64,000 nucleotides of DNA, from contig OZ024746.1 of the NCBI GenBank assembly GCA_964016885.1, positions 71,858,001 to 71,922,000 of the forward strand. The letters run 5' to 3'. Positions within the stretch are counted from its first letter, which is position 1; each line of letters opens with the position of its first letter. This DNA is from Eledone cirrhosa. Its lineage: Eukaryota. Positions 1 through 15,374 of this stretch are shown here, piece after piece. Made by a program: the position numbers and the translations under genes. The notes under the pieces are model-generated. The model did not search any database and had not been told where the DNA came from. It saw nothing but the letters and a program-made list of their open reading frames with translations.

Positions 1-870
1 ACTATTTTGATAGACAAGAACACTTACTGACAACAACGATAAATGTGTACTCAAAGCGAATAAGTGACCACCTATAAACCGACTATTATCTCCCTTTGAA
101 GATGTTTGATCTCATTTGATCTTATTTGAAACATTAAGTTTTTAAAATATAGCAAGTCTTTCATTGCAAGATCTTCAAATGAAAATGAGAAACGTTGAAA
201 CTTCTAGGCAACCAAATACGTTCTGGTAAAATAGAACATTTATATTAAGTAGATATACAATCATACTAGCACCGCCTTATATACATCTATATATATATTA
301 TTCCATCCCCACATTATATCCAACTCTATTAAAAGTAACAACAGCAAAACACAATGGCAAACTCTAAAAGATTTTACTGACGAAGACCAAGTTACTTCCA
401 GCTGTAATTCGTACGATAAAACGGAACCACTTATCCTAAAATAAACATATCATATACCCAAGGATCATAAGCTTAATTTTATCAATAACCTATTCACTGA
501 ACTTCTTAACCCCTCAAAATTTAACATGAGTAGAACACGTAAGCACTTTCTAGATGGGATTTTATCTAAGATTAAGATATGATATAGGCAAAAACCTTAG
601 CTGTGATTAAAAGGTTTGGATCATCCTCATGAATCTATTTCCATATTCCTATAATTTGATATCAACGATTATTATCCAGCTATTACTGAACTTTTCTATT
701 CAAGGCCTTTAATTTCGCAAAATCTATTACCTCTGTGCCCAATAATTCAATAAAAGTTATTTTACAAATAAGAAAAACTAACATATACTATGACTGCACC
801 CTCTCGATAAACAAACCCTGCAAAACACGATTTAATGTCAGTATGGGTCCTAGTGATTCAGCTGAATTCC
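1..870 (+). mobile_element. Degraded Penelope-like element reverse transcriptase fragment
   Basis: Manual translation gives KDHKLNF..N....LLNPSK (~460-520), FDIND (~655-670) and RFNVSMGPSDSAE (ORF 735-980). These match PLE RT motifs (KDHKxNF..RLINPxKS, FDIxxFYPSI, FDVTMGSYDGAE). Many stops and frameshifts; runs off the window start. Confidence 0.65.
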
Positions 871-1099
871 ACTTTCTGTCTGTTTCTCTCTCTTTCTCTC
901 TCCCTCCCTCTCGCCATATAACTATTTATCTCTCATTCTCTTACTACTGCCTTTCTCTTCACTTTGTCCATCTTTGCTAAACCCTCTAATTTTACCTCTT
1001 TCTCTCTTTGTCCCGTAAATATCATGCTATATATCTGCTCGCTCACCCCAATCTCTATCCATGCCTTACCCATCCTATCCCCAGAATTTATCTATTTTC

Positions 1100-1155
<56 letters not shown>

Positions 1156-1271
1156 ATCCTTCTCTCTTCCTTTCTCCCTCTTTCTCTCTCTTTCTATCTC
1201 TTTCTCTCTCTTTCTCTTTCTCTCTCTCTCTCTCCCTAACTCCATCTATGCCCTGTATATCCTGCTCTCTC

Positions 1272-1305
<34 letters not shown>

Positions 1306-1486
1306 CCTCTCTCTCTCTCCCTCTCTCCCTCTCTGGGTGTGTTTCTCACATATTGTTGCTCTCTCTTTCTCTCTCTACTCTGCATATCTCTCAACTTATC
1401 TTTACCTAATCTCTCCGTTCATCTTTTCTGTCGCTCTCTTTCGCTTTCTCTCTCTCCCTCTCTCTTTCTCTCTCTCTCTCTCTTTC

Positions 1487-1546
<60 letters not shown>

Positions 1547-1930
1547 ATTCCTCTCTTCCACCACTCTCTCTCTCTCTCCCCATTTATCTCCATCCATATC
1601 TTCCCGTTCATCATATCCCCCACCATTTCACTGGCAACCAGCTACCAGCCACCACACCACCATCCAGGTCCCTCCTATTTCCACCTAGATCGCTAACCCT
1701 TAAAACAATATCTGCCAGTTATTAATTGACACTGATCTCTGATGCAGAAAACTCACAATATCTCGTACACACTCCCACCTCTCACTACTACACCCCCCAC
1801 TGCTTCTCCCTCACTTTCTACTGCACCACCTCTTACCATTCCTCAACACCTCACCACTACTCTTCCCACACCCACTATTCCCCCTCACCTGAAACCAACA
1901 TCCCTCCCCTCTCACTACTGCTCCACTACT

Positions 1931-1965
<35 letters not shown>

Positions 1966-2460
1966 TAGCATGACATCTCACCACTCCCCCCATCCACTAC
2001 TGCACCCCCCCTCTCACTATTCTTCCTCCACCTTTAACTACCTAGCACCATTCCCCACCCCGTCCCCACTCATACATTTACTTCTTTACTTTTCTACATA
2101 TGTTTCCTCCCCTTCTTCCTTCTCTTATTCTTTCTCCTACCTTTCTCATTCTTTTTCTTTCTTTCTTTCTTCCTTGCTTTCTTTCTTTCTCTCTCTCCTT
2201 CTTTATTTATGTCTGTCCTTTTTCGTTTTTCTTATTCTACATTCTCCATATCGACATCCTCCCTTAGCCTCTATATTTTCTAATGCACACACACACAGAC
2301 ACACAGACACACACACACACACGCACACATGCACACACACGCACGCACACACATGCACGCACACATACTCACACACGTACACACAAACACATACAAACAG
2401 ACATGCACGAACACACATACAAACACAGACAGATACACATAAAATCACATACACACACGT

Positions 2461-2557
<97 letters not shown>

Positions 2558-2559
2558 GT

Positions 2560-2634
<75 letters not shown>

Positions 2635-2635
2635 T

Positions 2636-2670
<35 letters not shown>

Positions 2671-3690
2671 GAGAGAGAGAGAAAGATAGATAGATACTCA
2701 TAAACACAGACACTTATATAAACATATACACACAAATACGTATACGTACACATATACAACACATATGCAAATACACATATACACATGCACCACATACACA
2801 AACAACCATACATACACATGCATACACACATTGATATTTTCATTCTCGTTGTTGTTAAACGAAAAATAAATAAACAAGCCACAATATTAATAATAAACAA
2901 ATAAATAAAGTAAAAGCAAAAGATGACATTGGTAGTGGTGGTGGGGTGGTGGGGGGTGTTGCGGTGGTTTTGGTGGTGTGGTGGTGGTGGTGGAATGGTG
3001 AGGAGGAGTAGTAGGAGTAGGAGATTTGGGAGAAAACAAATAGTATATATATATATACAAACATGCACACACACACACACACACACACACAAACATATAT
3101 ATATACGTGTGTGTATATATATATATATATATACACATACATACATATTTATATATATATACATATATATATACACACATATATATATTATATATATTTA
3201 TTAAATATTAGTCTCCACATTTATTACTATATATGTATATATATATATATATATATATTTATTTATTTATATACATACATACATAAATACATACATACAT
3301 ACATATATACATTCATTCATAAATACATACATACATACATAAATACATACATACAAGCATGCATTATTCATAGATACATACATACATACATACATACATA
3401 CATACATACATAAATACATACATACATACATAAATACATACATACATACATAAATACATAAATACATACATACATACATAAATACATACATACATACATA
3501 CATACATACATACATACATACATAAATACATACATACATACATAAATACATATATACATACATACATACATAAATACATACATACATACATAAATACATA
3601 CATACATAAATACATACATACATACATACATACATACATACATACATACATACATACATACATACATACATACATACATGTATTCATAGA
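1100..3690. repeat. Compound microsatellite block: (CT)n, (CA)n, (TA)n, (GA)n, (TACA)n
   Basis: Seen directly; the SL, TH, YI and MYVC ORFs here are artefacts of the repeats. Confidence 0.95.
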
Positions 3691-4095
3691 TACATACATA
3701 ATTATAGAGACAGAGAGATATACAGACAGGGTTACAGACAGACAGATAAACTCCTTACAAGAAAGACAGCCTCTCCACTACCACCACCACCACCACCACC
3801 ACATATTCTGCACCATTACCAAGGAAAATTTTAGAAAAGTAGGCAAACAAAATGGCCGGCAGCACAATTGCGAGCAAAAGACTGGCTTGATGCGTTCACA
3901 AGAAGAACGAGAAGGCGGGAAAATGTCACGTCTGCCATGTCATGCGGATCTGGGCGGCTTCAATGTGCCGTGAAGAACGCTCCCATCGAATGGTGGCCTC
4001 AACTCATCTTTGGTTTTTACAGTTCTTTGAGGAGGGGGAGGAAGAGGGAGAGAAAGAAGGTAGTTACAAGAGAGGGGGGTGATTCTTAGCGCTAG

Positions 4096-4242
<147 letters not shown>

Positions 4243-4332
4243 TGAATACACACATATTTAGAGAGAGAGAGAGGGAGAGAGAGAGGGGTGACAGACAGAC
4301 AGTCAAAAAGAGATAGATAGATAGATAGATAG

Positions 4333-4905
4333 GTTTCTTTATTAGCCACAAGGGCGCACAAGAAAAGGGGACAAAACAAAGAGATGCCGGGGATTTTACA
4401 TACAATCGTGTAAAAATATGAAACAAACAAATATAACAATTGAAATCCCCAAATAGAGGTGAGGCGCCACAAATGGGTTGTTTAATACCCCGTAGATAGA
4501 ACAACCCTCAACTTCAGGAGCGTGTTGTGCAAATGCTCCTTTCTTCCTTTTGCTGTCTTCTTCAACCTACAGGTTTATATACAGAGAAGGCCCAATCACT
4601 CGGGCCATTTTTGCCACATTCACCTACCTTTCAGTAAATTTACTGGGGTGCAGTGCCTCTCTCTCCACCCTGATTCTCCTTCTAAAGTGGTACCTAAAGA
4701 AGGGAATGAGTTGTTGTCCGAAGAGAAAGGCATCTGTCTTCAATCTCGTTCACCATATAACCTATTTCACCATAGCAACTATACAGAAGAAAACCGCCTC
4801 TCTTTCGTTGTTGAAGGTGGTTGGCGGTTTGATCCTTACTTTGGATTCGGCAGTCAACTGGATTTGTCCCCTGCGCAACAGCAGTTGTTCTGCGTAGTTC
4901 CACGG
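4333..4905 (-). mobile_element. 3' fragment of Tx1/L1-clade LINE with (ATCT)n tail
   Basis: Encodes WNYAEQLL..GQIQLTAES..RIKPP..F.NEREAVF, near-identical to 17680-18260 and similar to the ORF2 C-terminus at 53092-53481. The 3' UTR ends GGCTAATAAAGAAA and is followed by (ATCT)n on minus. Confidence 0.85.
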
Positions 4906-5571
4906 GTCGAGAAAGAGAAAGAGAGAGAGAAAGAGAGGGGGAGATAATAGACAGATAGATACATTGCTATATAGATTGAGAGAAATTAAATAGATGATGT
5001 TGATAATCATGATGTCGTCCAATGCATAATTTCAACGAAATGAATAAAAACCTAGATATTGATCAATTAGAACCAGAAAGCTACTCTACACAGAGAGCAT
5101 TTCTCCAAAGCAGACATACATCAGACCTTTAGCATTTACATTACTCTATATATACTATTGGATTTTCACAGTAAAGGCTTTACTTTACATAATTATCTCA
5201 CATAATATCAAATTTATGAGATTTTGATATAATTTATTTTGAGAACAATACCTTAAAGTTGGTATGAGGGGCAAGTTATGGTCAATTTAAACCGAAAAGG
5301 GTGAGAGAATTCTGGTCGGATATGGCCGGTTTAAATGCTAAAGGGTTAATCAATGGAATTGCCAGTTTGTTAATTCAATGTTCATGTGGTGGAGATTTTC
5401 ACAGACACGTTTACTCTTAGCGTAATTCTCAGTGAGGTTCAGCGTGACACAGTGTCTGTCAAGGCTGACCCTTCGAATTACAGGGGTTGCCGGTTTAGTC
5501 GCCGACGATCCGACCATGAAAGAGGTTGTACTGAGTTACATCTTACCAGTAGCTCCCGGGAGCGACCTGAC

Positions 5572-5618
<47 letters not shown>

Positions 5619-6011
5619 CTGTACTTTTAACAGCGAGACACAGTATGTGACAAGAATTGACCCCTTTGAATCATATGTACAATCCATTCAACAGGCTTCT
5701 ATGCAGTTTCCGGCTTCCCAATTTCTCTCACAAAGCGTGTTATACATGGAAATACAGAAAATAGACTGGTTTGGCAATATAACCGTTACAAACCAGCGAG
5801 TGAAATACAGAATTTTACAAAATAGGACAAAACACTTTTGATACCAACTAATCCGAAACTATCTCTGTTTCTGCGATACAAAGCTGCCCGGTTTAAATCG
5901 TTAATATATTAAACCTTCCATCATAATTCTATCTAAGATCCATTGTTAAGTTATGTATCAAACACCACACACATGATGAGAACGTTATATTACTGCCAAT
6001 TCACCACAATA

Positions 6012-6205
6012 GGGCGGTGAATTGGCAGTATCGGTAGAGGGTCGGACGCCATGCTTTGACGCAAAGAGTTACATCCCTTTCCATTCTGAGTTCAAATCCC
6101 GCCGAGGTTAACTTTGCCTTTCATCCTTACGGGGGTCGATAAAATAAAGTACCAGTAATGTACTGGGTAATTGCTGGCCTTGTGCCAATAGTAGAAACAG
6201 TTATA
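6012..6205 (+). mobile_element. tRNA-derived SINE (MetaSINE-like)
   Basis: A-box-like TGGCAGTATCGG, B-box GAGTTCAAATCCC and central GCCTTTCATCCTTACGGGGTCGATAAAATAAAGTACCAG (resembles the Meta/Sauria domain). Repeated more than 10 times in the window. Confidence 0.85.
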
Positions 6206-6884
6206 TTACTAAAATTCTCCATATTGCTGATTATTTTCAAAATTATTTGAAAATCGTAGGCAGTGGCTTTTATAACAAATATGGTGACGAAAGAGGTAAA
6301 TTGCTTATGTTTATATAAAAACCTTCCATCATAATTTTATGTAAGAACCTTTGTTAAGTAATGTTCCAAACACCAGCTTAATTAATATATTGAGAGTTTA
6401 CAATATTAGTGAAATCCCACTATATTTGTTATCACTTTCAAAATTAATTGAAATACATTGACAGCGAATTTTATAAGAAATAATAAAGCTGGCCAACGAA
6501 AATCAAGTTTGATAAACCTCGCCATGGAAAGTATTGCCAGAAAATAGTTAAATAATGCTTAGGCGTAAACACTATATGAATTACCTTCTCAGTCACCAGA
6601 TGTTCATTTCAAACCTCGTATACTAGAGGAGGAGAAAAAAAGGAGAGGTTTTTTTGTCTTTTTTCAACCACGCGATATATTCTGCCATGAATGGTACCAC
6701 CCTAATGATAATACCAATAGGCACAAATGCTCTAATTTGTGGTGAGGTAACAATTGATTTTGTCGGCCCCAGAATGATAACAAATAAAGTTGATATCGCC
6801 AATATTTGAACTCAGAAGGTGTAGGGACATAACTATGTTCGACAAAGCATTACTTATCGATATATTTTACTCATACATCGCCTT

Positions 6885-7260
6885 AATAATTGTTTCTACT
6901 TTAGGCACAAGGCCAGCAAATACCCAGTGCATTACTGGTACTTTATTTTATCGACCCCGTAAGGATGAAAGGCAAAGTCAACCTCGGCGGGATTTGAACT
7001 CAGATCGTAAAGGGACGTAACTATGCTGGAAAGCATGGCGTCCGACCCTCTACCGATACTGCCAATCCACCGAATGGTTTCAATTTTGGGGGAGAGGAAA
7101 GTAGATTAAATGGATACTAGTACTTATTTTATCAATCTTCTAAGGATGAAAGGCAAAGCTAACCTCGGCGGGATTTGAACTCAGAATGTAAAGGGCCGTA
7201 ACTCAAAGCCACAAAGTATGTTGTCCGACGCTCTACCGATACTGCCAATCCACCACCCTT
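6885..7260 (-). mobile_element. Two tandem copies of the same tRNA-derived SINE
   Basis: Reverse complement of the 6012-6205 family, at ~6885-7075 and ~7120-7260. Confidence 0.8.
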
Positions 7261-7564
7261 GACAAGGTAGTAATAATAATAACATTTATTTACCGCACGT
7301 ACAATAAATAATGTAAAAAAATCACAAAATAACAACAAGAAAACAGACCAGATCACGTGATGGGTGTGCCGGTGGTAACACTGAAATATTCACGCACACA
7401 GACACACACACACACACACATATATACGCATGCTCGTGCGGGCTCGAGTTAGTGTGCGTATGGATGCGTATGTATGTGTGTGTGTGTGTGTGTGTGTGCG
7501 CGTATGTGTCTGTATGTGTGTGTCTGTCTGTCTCTGTGTGTATGTCTGTGTGTGTGTGTGTGTG

Positions 7565-7738
<174 letters not shown>

Positions 7739-9039
7739 CGTGCGTGCGCCCGTAAGTGTGTTAAATTTCCAGCAGGCAAAAGGTAGGGGAAAAATCTTAT
7801 ACAAACGTAAAGCCAGCCACTTAAAATAAAAGATCAACGGACCTTAAAACCAGAAACTGCCTTCAGTTTTGTCTGAACACAGACCTCTTTGTCTTCACCT
7901 ACAGGCGAAACTGGATCATCACCATCCAATTTAGCCATGCTATTGTCGTTGATTTGTTTTTGCTTATTTTTTTTATTTTGCTTTTCCTGCCACTATAATT
8001 CATTTTCATTTTACAAAAAAAAAAAAAAAAATGAATGAAATTTACCTGAGGATAGAAGGTTTATTGTCCACCCCACACTCACCCTCTTTGTTGTGACACA
8101 CGAAGAGAAATGATGTCGAGGATCTTTTGTCTTGTGTGTGTTTTTTTTTATATAGAATAAATATAAATATAAAAGTATGAAATAGACAGATCATAAATAT
8201 AAAAAGTTCAGTCTGAGTCCACGACATACAAACTCTTTTCGTTGATTCCATATGCCATAAACCTGCAGAGAAATACCTGGCAGATAGGCAGGTAAATAGG
8301 TGGTCGCGTAGACAGAACTATCTCTACGGCCACAGCAATAGCAACAGCCACAGCCAGGTTTGTTCATCCTTCAGTATATAGGACAATAGCTGCAGGAAGT
8401 TTGGTTGAATAGTTAAAAAGTTCATCTCTCAACAATAAGGTCCGAGGTTCGACCCTTTGCGTTGATTATCTCGCCAGTTTTTATTGGTATGGAACCTTCA
8501 ACTCCTCCAAATGTACATTTCTAAACCAGTCATTAATAGTTGTTTTAATTAATTGATTTAACTATCTCCCGTAAAAGTTGAACTTTTAAAACTGTTATGT
8601 ATATTTTACATTCGAACGGCTGAAATTCACATTACAATCTAACATATTGAACCAATAAGTAGAAGCCGAAATGGAGTCCAAATGAATAAAAGTAAAACAA
8701 TGAATTACAGTAATAAATGTTTCTAGACCAGAGAATGGGAAGCGTTACTGGTGTTATATTATATCAACCCTGTAAGACAAAGCTAACCTCGACAGGATTT
8801 GAACTCAGAACATAAAGGGCTATAACTATACCAGTCTTGACCATAAATTTTCTGTTGGACTAAATTCAAGGATGATTCCAGTCCATTGCAGAAGGTCCAT
8901 TTTATTTTATTTTCGCAGTGGAATTTTTTTAATGCAGACATGGCTGATTCGTTAAAAAGGCTGTTTCCTAATCATAAGGCTACGGTTTCAATCTCGCTGC
9001 GTGTTGTGACACATTAGGAAAGTGTCATTTAATTTACTA

Positions 9040-9520
9040 TGGCCTAGTGGTAAGTGTGTTGAACCCACAATTATGACATCATGTGTTCGATTCTTGGACT
9101 GAGTTGTGTCTTGTGTTCTTGAGCAAAACACTTCATTTCACATAGCCCCAGTATACTCAGCTGAAAATGAGTACCAGCAGTAGTCAGGAGTTTAAACCTG
9201 CGATGTAGTCTTGTATTCTCGGACGCTTGACGCCACAGAAACTGAGATAAGCACCGGCCTGATGAGCCTTCAGGCTTGAGACAGACTTTAAACTTTGAGT
9301 CGAGCCAAGCATGTAGGCATAATTCTGCAAACGAAAAGCCCATGGGAAGCCCACTGTTCGGAAACCCATCGGACGCATTGTACTTGTAATTCATATAGCC
9401 AGCCTTGCCACAGCGTGTCAAGCTGATTCGGCTTGGGAATAAGGTTTAGGTCATACATCTCTGTGTTAAGCCTTATGCCCGACGTTCAGTTGATTGAACG
9501 ACTGTATGCTTATCATCGAA
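9040..9520 (+). mobile_element. Second tRNA-derived SINE family (CORE-like central region)
   Basis: GGCCTAGTGGTAAG A-box, GTTCGATTC B-box, then TTGTGTTCTTGAGCAAAACACTTCATTTCAC. Related copies at ~36000-36180(-), 37145-37320(-), 41350-41450 and 45865-46100. Confidence 0.6.
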
Positions 9521-10507
9521 ACTGACAAAGGTTCTATCATCAATGTAAGGTAGCACTACTGGTATAAGTGAAGGTGCGTGGCTTACTGATTAGAGAATTG
9601 AGCAAGAAAAATTGATTTCACGTTGTTGTTTCTGCCAGGAGCTACGACCGGTAGATAGTATCAGCAATGGAAAGACCAATGTAAACATTGTTTCCTTGGC
9701 CCGATTTGATGAGGTTCACCCCACTCGGTAAGAGAATGAGGTCTGAGATCTTGTCGATCGACTTTCTCCTACTGGTATAAAATTCGGAGAACAGTTAGTA
9801 AACTGTCTACTTTGACTGTACATCTTTGTATAGTAAACGGGGTCTGTGATACACTATAGTTTTGTGGAACGGTTCACCGATCCAGTGACGGGTTTCGTAA
9901 GCAAATGCTGGATTTTCGTAATAATTCACAAGGATTCCTTAAAACCCACAGTTCAAAACTTTAACTCAATCACTCCTCTGACTACCACTCTACCTATAAT
10001 GTTCTCTAAAACTTTTGTTCTGGTTCTAACGAGATCTGCAACCACAAGGGGCAATATCTTAACATATACCTAAATCTTTCTACATCACATTGCCTTAATA
10101 TACGCCTCACACTTTTCTGATTTTGTCCTGCCCTATCATCCCCTACACTCTCCTCATAAAATTTTTCTGTTGGCTTATGGTCTGTCATTTGTCTATTGTT
10201 TTGTAGCTATGGGTTTGTATGTTTTGTAATTATACACACTTCTTGGTTGGATCTCCCTCCCCACCGTCGTTTAGTTATCCATTTCTTCCTTCTTTCACTC
10301 ATTACCTAAATCATTCATTCACTCGTTTATTCAATGCCCTATTCTTTCATTCTTTTCATTCCATGAAGACTCTCTTTTAATATCAACACCCAACATCAGT
10401 GAGAAACTTGCCCTCCAGAGACAAAATTCATTCCACTTGAATAAATCGAAGCAGTTAACTAGAAAGAAAGAAAGAAAGAAAGAAGGGAGGAAGGAAGGAA
10501 GGAAGGA

Positions 10508-10566
<59 letters not shown>

Positions 10567-10687
10567 GCAGACAGGAAAGGAAACATTGAGATTCATTTGA
10601 AATATTTATGAAATTTTAGTTTCTGAACGCAGTCATGTATACACGTCTTTTACTTACGCAGATTCAAACATACATACATACACACAT

Positions 10688-10736
<49 letters not shown>

Positions 10737-10888
10737 TACATACATACATACATACATACATACATACATACATACATACATACATACATACATACATACC
10801 AACAGGTATACAGTTATATTCAAATAAAAATATAAATACACACACAAAAAAACATACACACATGACACAAACACAGTTAGCTATATAT

Positions 10889-10940
<52 letters not shown>

Positions 10941-11023
10941 GCTTTCACTCAATTATATGAATAAAATTGAATATATGTGTAAACATGTAGAAATATCCCC
11001 CGGTCATTAACGATTGCACAAAC

Positions 11024-11153
<130 letters not shown>

Positions 11154-11202
11154 TGAGAGAGAGAAATAGAAAGATAATTATATACATATGTGTGTATGTA
11201 TG

Positions 11203-11239
<37 letters not shown>

Positions 11240-11409
11240 GTGTGTGTGTAAGGATATATACATTGATAAATAGATAATAGGACAGACATTTATATTCGTA
11301 CATATATATATACACCCAGTATATTTATGGAAATAATATGCATCGCCAGGTGATAAAAAGATTAATGCATACACGCACACACAGTCAGACATATACGCAT
11401 ATCTATAAG

Positions 11410-11440
<31 letters not shown>

Positions 11441-11462
11441 TTATATTTATACACATACATAC

Positions 11463-11522
<60 letters not shown>

Positions 11523-11582
11523 GTATGTATGTGTATAAATATAAATATATATATATATGTATATATACACTTATAGATATGC

Positions 11583-11630
<48 letters not shown>

Positions 11631-11760
11631 GTATGTATGTGTATAAATATAAATATATATATATATATATATATTTATGTATATATACACTTATAGATAT
11701 GCGTATCTATAAGTGTATATATACATATATATATATATTTATATTTATACACATACATAC

Positions 11761-11840
<80 letters not shown>

Positions 11841-12230
11841 GTGTGTGTGTGTGCGTGTGTGTGTGAGAGAGAGGAGGTGTGTGTGAAAATTAAACGGAAG
11901 CAGCATAGTAAACACTGCAGTACAATGAAGAAATATATATTAGTTTAATGCTTGGTGTAGTAGGAAAAGAGCTTTAACGTCTCGAACGCTAGTCTTTCAA
12001 CAGAAGATAGAATATGAAATAAAAGAGCAAGGAACGGATAAAATATTTGAGAAAAAAGTAGGTGTGTGTCCAGTCATTCATTTAGGGGGAAACATATATA
12101 CATGCACATAAAGACACATACACACACATACACAGAAAGAGAGAGAGACATGTATATGTATACTCAAATAAAGATATCTAGCAAAAAGTATACGCGCGGT
12201 GGGTAGAGATACATACATACATATATATAT

Positions 12231-12270
<40 letters not shown>

Positions 12271-12316
12271 ATGTGTGTGTGTGTTTGTGTGTATGTATAT
12301 ATATATATATATATAA

Positions 12317-12361
<45 letters not shown>

Positions 12362-12448
12362 TATATGTCACTAAGCGTGTAACTAATAATATTTGTAACA
12401 TTTACTCCTGCGTTTGCCTGTTTTTTGTTTGTTTTCTGATATTCTGAA

Positions 12449-12534
<86 letters not shown>

Positions 12535-12842
12535 TTGTGTGTATAATGGTAGCTATGGAGCTTCCATAGGCGGTATGCCAAAATTAGCACTCAATATTCA
12601 TACTGAGTAGAGTGTGGATAGTATAAAAAAACGAAAAATCAGTGATGCATCTGTGAGTGAGAAAATTTGCTCCGAACGAACTACCCGTGTCCGAAGGAAC
12701 CTGCAGCCGTAGAATCAGCCAGATCCATACAGTGATCATGTCTCGAGCTACCTGACGGCGAAACAATTGTAACACGCAATAAACTGAGTCCAGATGCATC
12801 ACTGATTTTTCGTTTTTTTATACTATATATATATATATATAT

Positions 12843-13200
12843 ATATTGGTAAACGGAAAAGAAAATGCTGACAAATTGTTCCCAGTGAAAAATAGTTTAA
12901 TTAGGAATAAGTAAAAATTAGTAATAGTATTGGTTAGTATTCAGTCTTGGTTTTAAGTTCTACCGGTTGCGCATTTCTAATGCTTTTCAAAAATAATTTT
13001 GAGATACAGATTAGAGCAAACATCACGGGCGCTGTATCTCAAAATTATTTTTGAAAAGCATTAGAAATGCGCAACCGGTAGAACTTAAAACCAAGACTGA
13101 ATACTAACCAATACTATTACTAATTTTTACTTATTCCTAATTAAACTATTTTTCACTGGGAACAATTTGTCAGCATTTTCTTTTCCGTTTACCAATATAT
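12843..13200. repeat. Long inverted repeat (~167-bp arms, ~22-nt spacer) next to (TA)n
   Basis: 12843-13009 is the reverse complement of 13032-13200. It contains GAAATGCGCA, like a hammerhead 3' half. Confidence 0.92.
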
Positions 13201-13230
13201 CATAACTCGTGTGTTACACCTCTATTCTTT

Positions 13231-13305
<75 letters not shown>

Positions 13306-13435
13306 CGAAGGAAATGTGGTAAGGAACCAGATGGACCATAACGCACCAAAGTACTCAATACTTAGGGTAGTAGAATGGGTGTCCAGAATTAGCCGTCGAA
13401 ACGGCTTGAGCTCAGCCGTCGGGGTCCTACTCATT

Positions 13436-13479
<44 letters not shown>

Positions 13480-13762
13480 TGTTTCATATGCCACATCTAA
13501 TGTATTAATAGAAATATTTCCTCGTATAGTTGACGTTTCTCTGTTAATTGTGTCAATATCATAGCCTGGGAATATTTTAGCAATCTTTAGGGAATAGAAT
13601 TTACGCCTGGATAGATTGAACAACAAAAGTAGACAATATATAATCCTGCTTTATATTTTTGAAACAAACATAAATCGAATGCACACACCCGCACACACAC
13701 ACACACACTCACAAGTACACAGGCACACACACGCGCGGGCGCAGGAACAAACACTCGCACAT

Positions 13763-13799
<37 letters not shown>

Positions 13800-13870
13800 T
13801 GAAAAAGTGAAGAATAACATGGTCAACAGTACAAAAAAAGGGATTTATTTATACACGATATTTTGTTATC

Positions 13871-13918
<48 letters not shown>

Positions 13919-13941
13919 TCATATATATATGTATGTGAGTG

Positions 13942-14030
<89 letters not shown>

Positions 14031-14121
14031 GTATATTCTACCAAATCATAATATAAAATTAGATCAAATTGTTTAAAACTACAAATGAAGTCATTCTTTT
14101 CCTTTTTTCAAATATATATAT

Positions 14122-14940
14122 ATGTGCAACCCCAAAGAACTTGAGAGACACATACAACACTTCATCCACCGTATGCAGTTTTCTGGTTACAATCAGAGAG
14201 ATAAAATCAGAGTGTATAGAGGAGACAGAACCAAATGGAAAAAAATGGTAAATAATGACACAAATGGGACCTGCCCCTTGTATAGGAGCAAACTTTGGAA
14301 TAGAATAGAAAGAACTAGGAATAAGGCTAATAGAATAAACTCATGGTATGATAGCAATAAATACCAGAGTGTAATGTTCATCGATACAACCCCTAGAGGT
14401 GAATTAGCTTACAAATTTAGAAGAGAGGTGAATTAGCTTACAAATTTAGAAGGGCCCTAGATAAACATAAACTCAATATTAAGATAGTAGAAAGATCAGG
14501 TACCTCCATAAAAAACACTTATTAGCAATACATACCCTTTTCAAAGACCTCACTGTATAGATAAGAAATGTATAATCTGTAAATTAAGCCCCCATATTAA
14601 CTGTAAAACTAGAAATGTAGTATATAGCATAAGATGTACTGAAGGACAATATAGAGATAAAAATATAGTGTACATAGGTGAGACAGCTCGTAGTATAGGG
14701 GAACGGATAAATGAACACTGGCGAGACCTTCAAGATAGTAAAGAATCATCTGTACTCTACCAACATGCTAAAATAGAACATAAGGGTAAATTAGAGAACA
14801 TAGAAATAAAAATAGAATCTACACACAGAAAAGACGCAATGTTTAGACAAATCACAGAGGCAATAAACATAAATGAACTCCAACCAAAATTAAATAGAAA
14901 ACATGAATGGAACAGCAACATCACAACTTACAATTATTAA
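14122..14940 (+). mobile_element. Penelope-like element C-terminal ORF remnant (RT thumb/linker, Cys cluster, GIY-YIG endonuclease)
   Basis: RMQFSGY..., then HCIDKKCIIC...NCKTRNVVYSIRC...VYIGETARSIGERINEH...EAINI..LQPKLNRKHEW, a canonical PLE GIY-YIG. Interrupted by a short tandem duplication at ~14400-14450 and frameshifts. Confidence 0.9.
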
Positions 14941-15374
14941 GGACAAAATGAAATCACACACGCACATAGAACAAATAACCAACCAGTAACATGTAAATAA
15001 ACAAATAAATAAACGAATATAAACACACACAGACACCCGGATGTAACACATGCGCAAACTAAGCACACAACACACACACAAAAACAATATGGCGTAGGAC
15101 AGAACAAAGGAGGGGCACAAAAACAAAGAAAAGAATCCCCAGTCACTGAAGAGGTCACAGAATGTGTGACGTAAGAACTTTGACAATATATAAACAATCA
15201 TCTGGTTGTGGAACCAACCAACCAACCGGAAATTTATAAATTTATTATAATAAATTGAAGTGAAAGCAACTGGTGCGTGTGTTTCTTATTGGCAATATGA
15301 CCCTCCCAAAGTATAACAATATCGGTTTCAACACACGTTTTCAGATAAAGAATCTTGCTAAACAAATTCAGAAA

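Noticed and set aside
6012-6110. tRNA gene
   Set aside because: A and B boxes are present but there is no cloverleaf, and it continues into a SINE body repeated many times.
14540-14660. Selenocysteine (UGA) zinc finger as in Naiad-type PLEs
   Set aside because: The Cys codons here are TGT, with no in-frame TGA at Cys positions.
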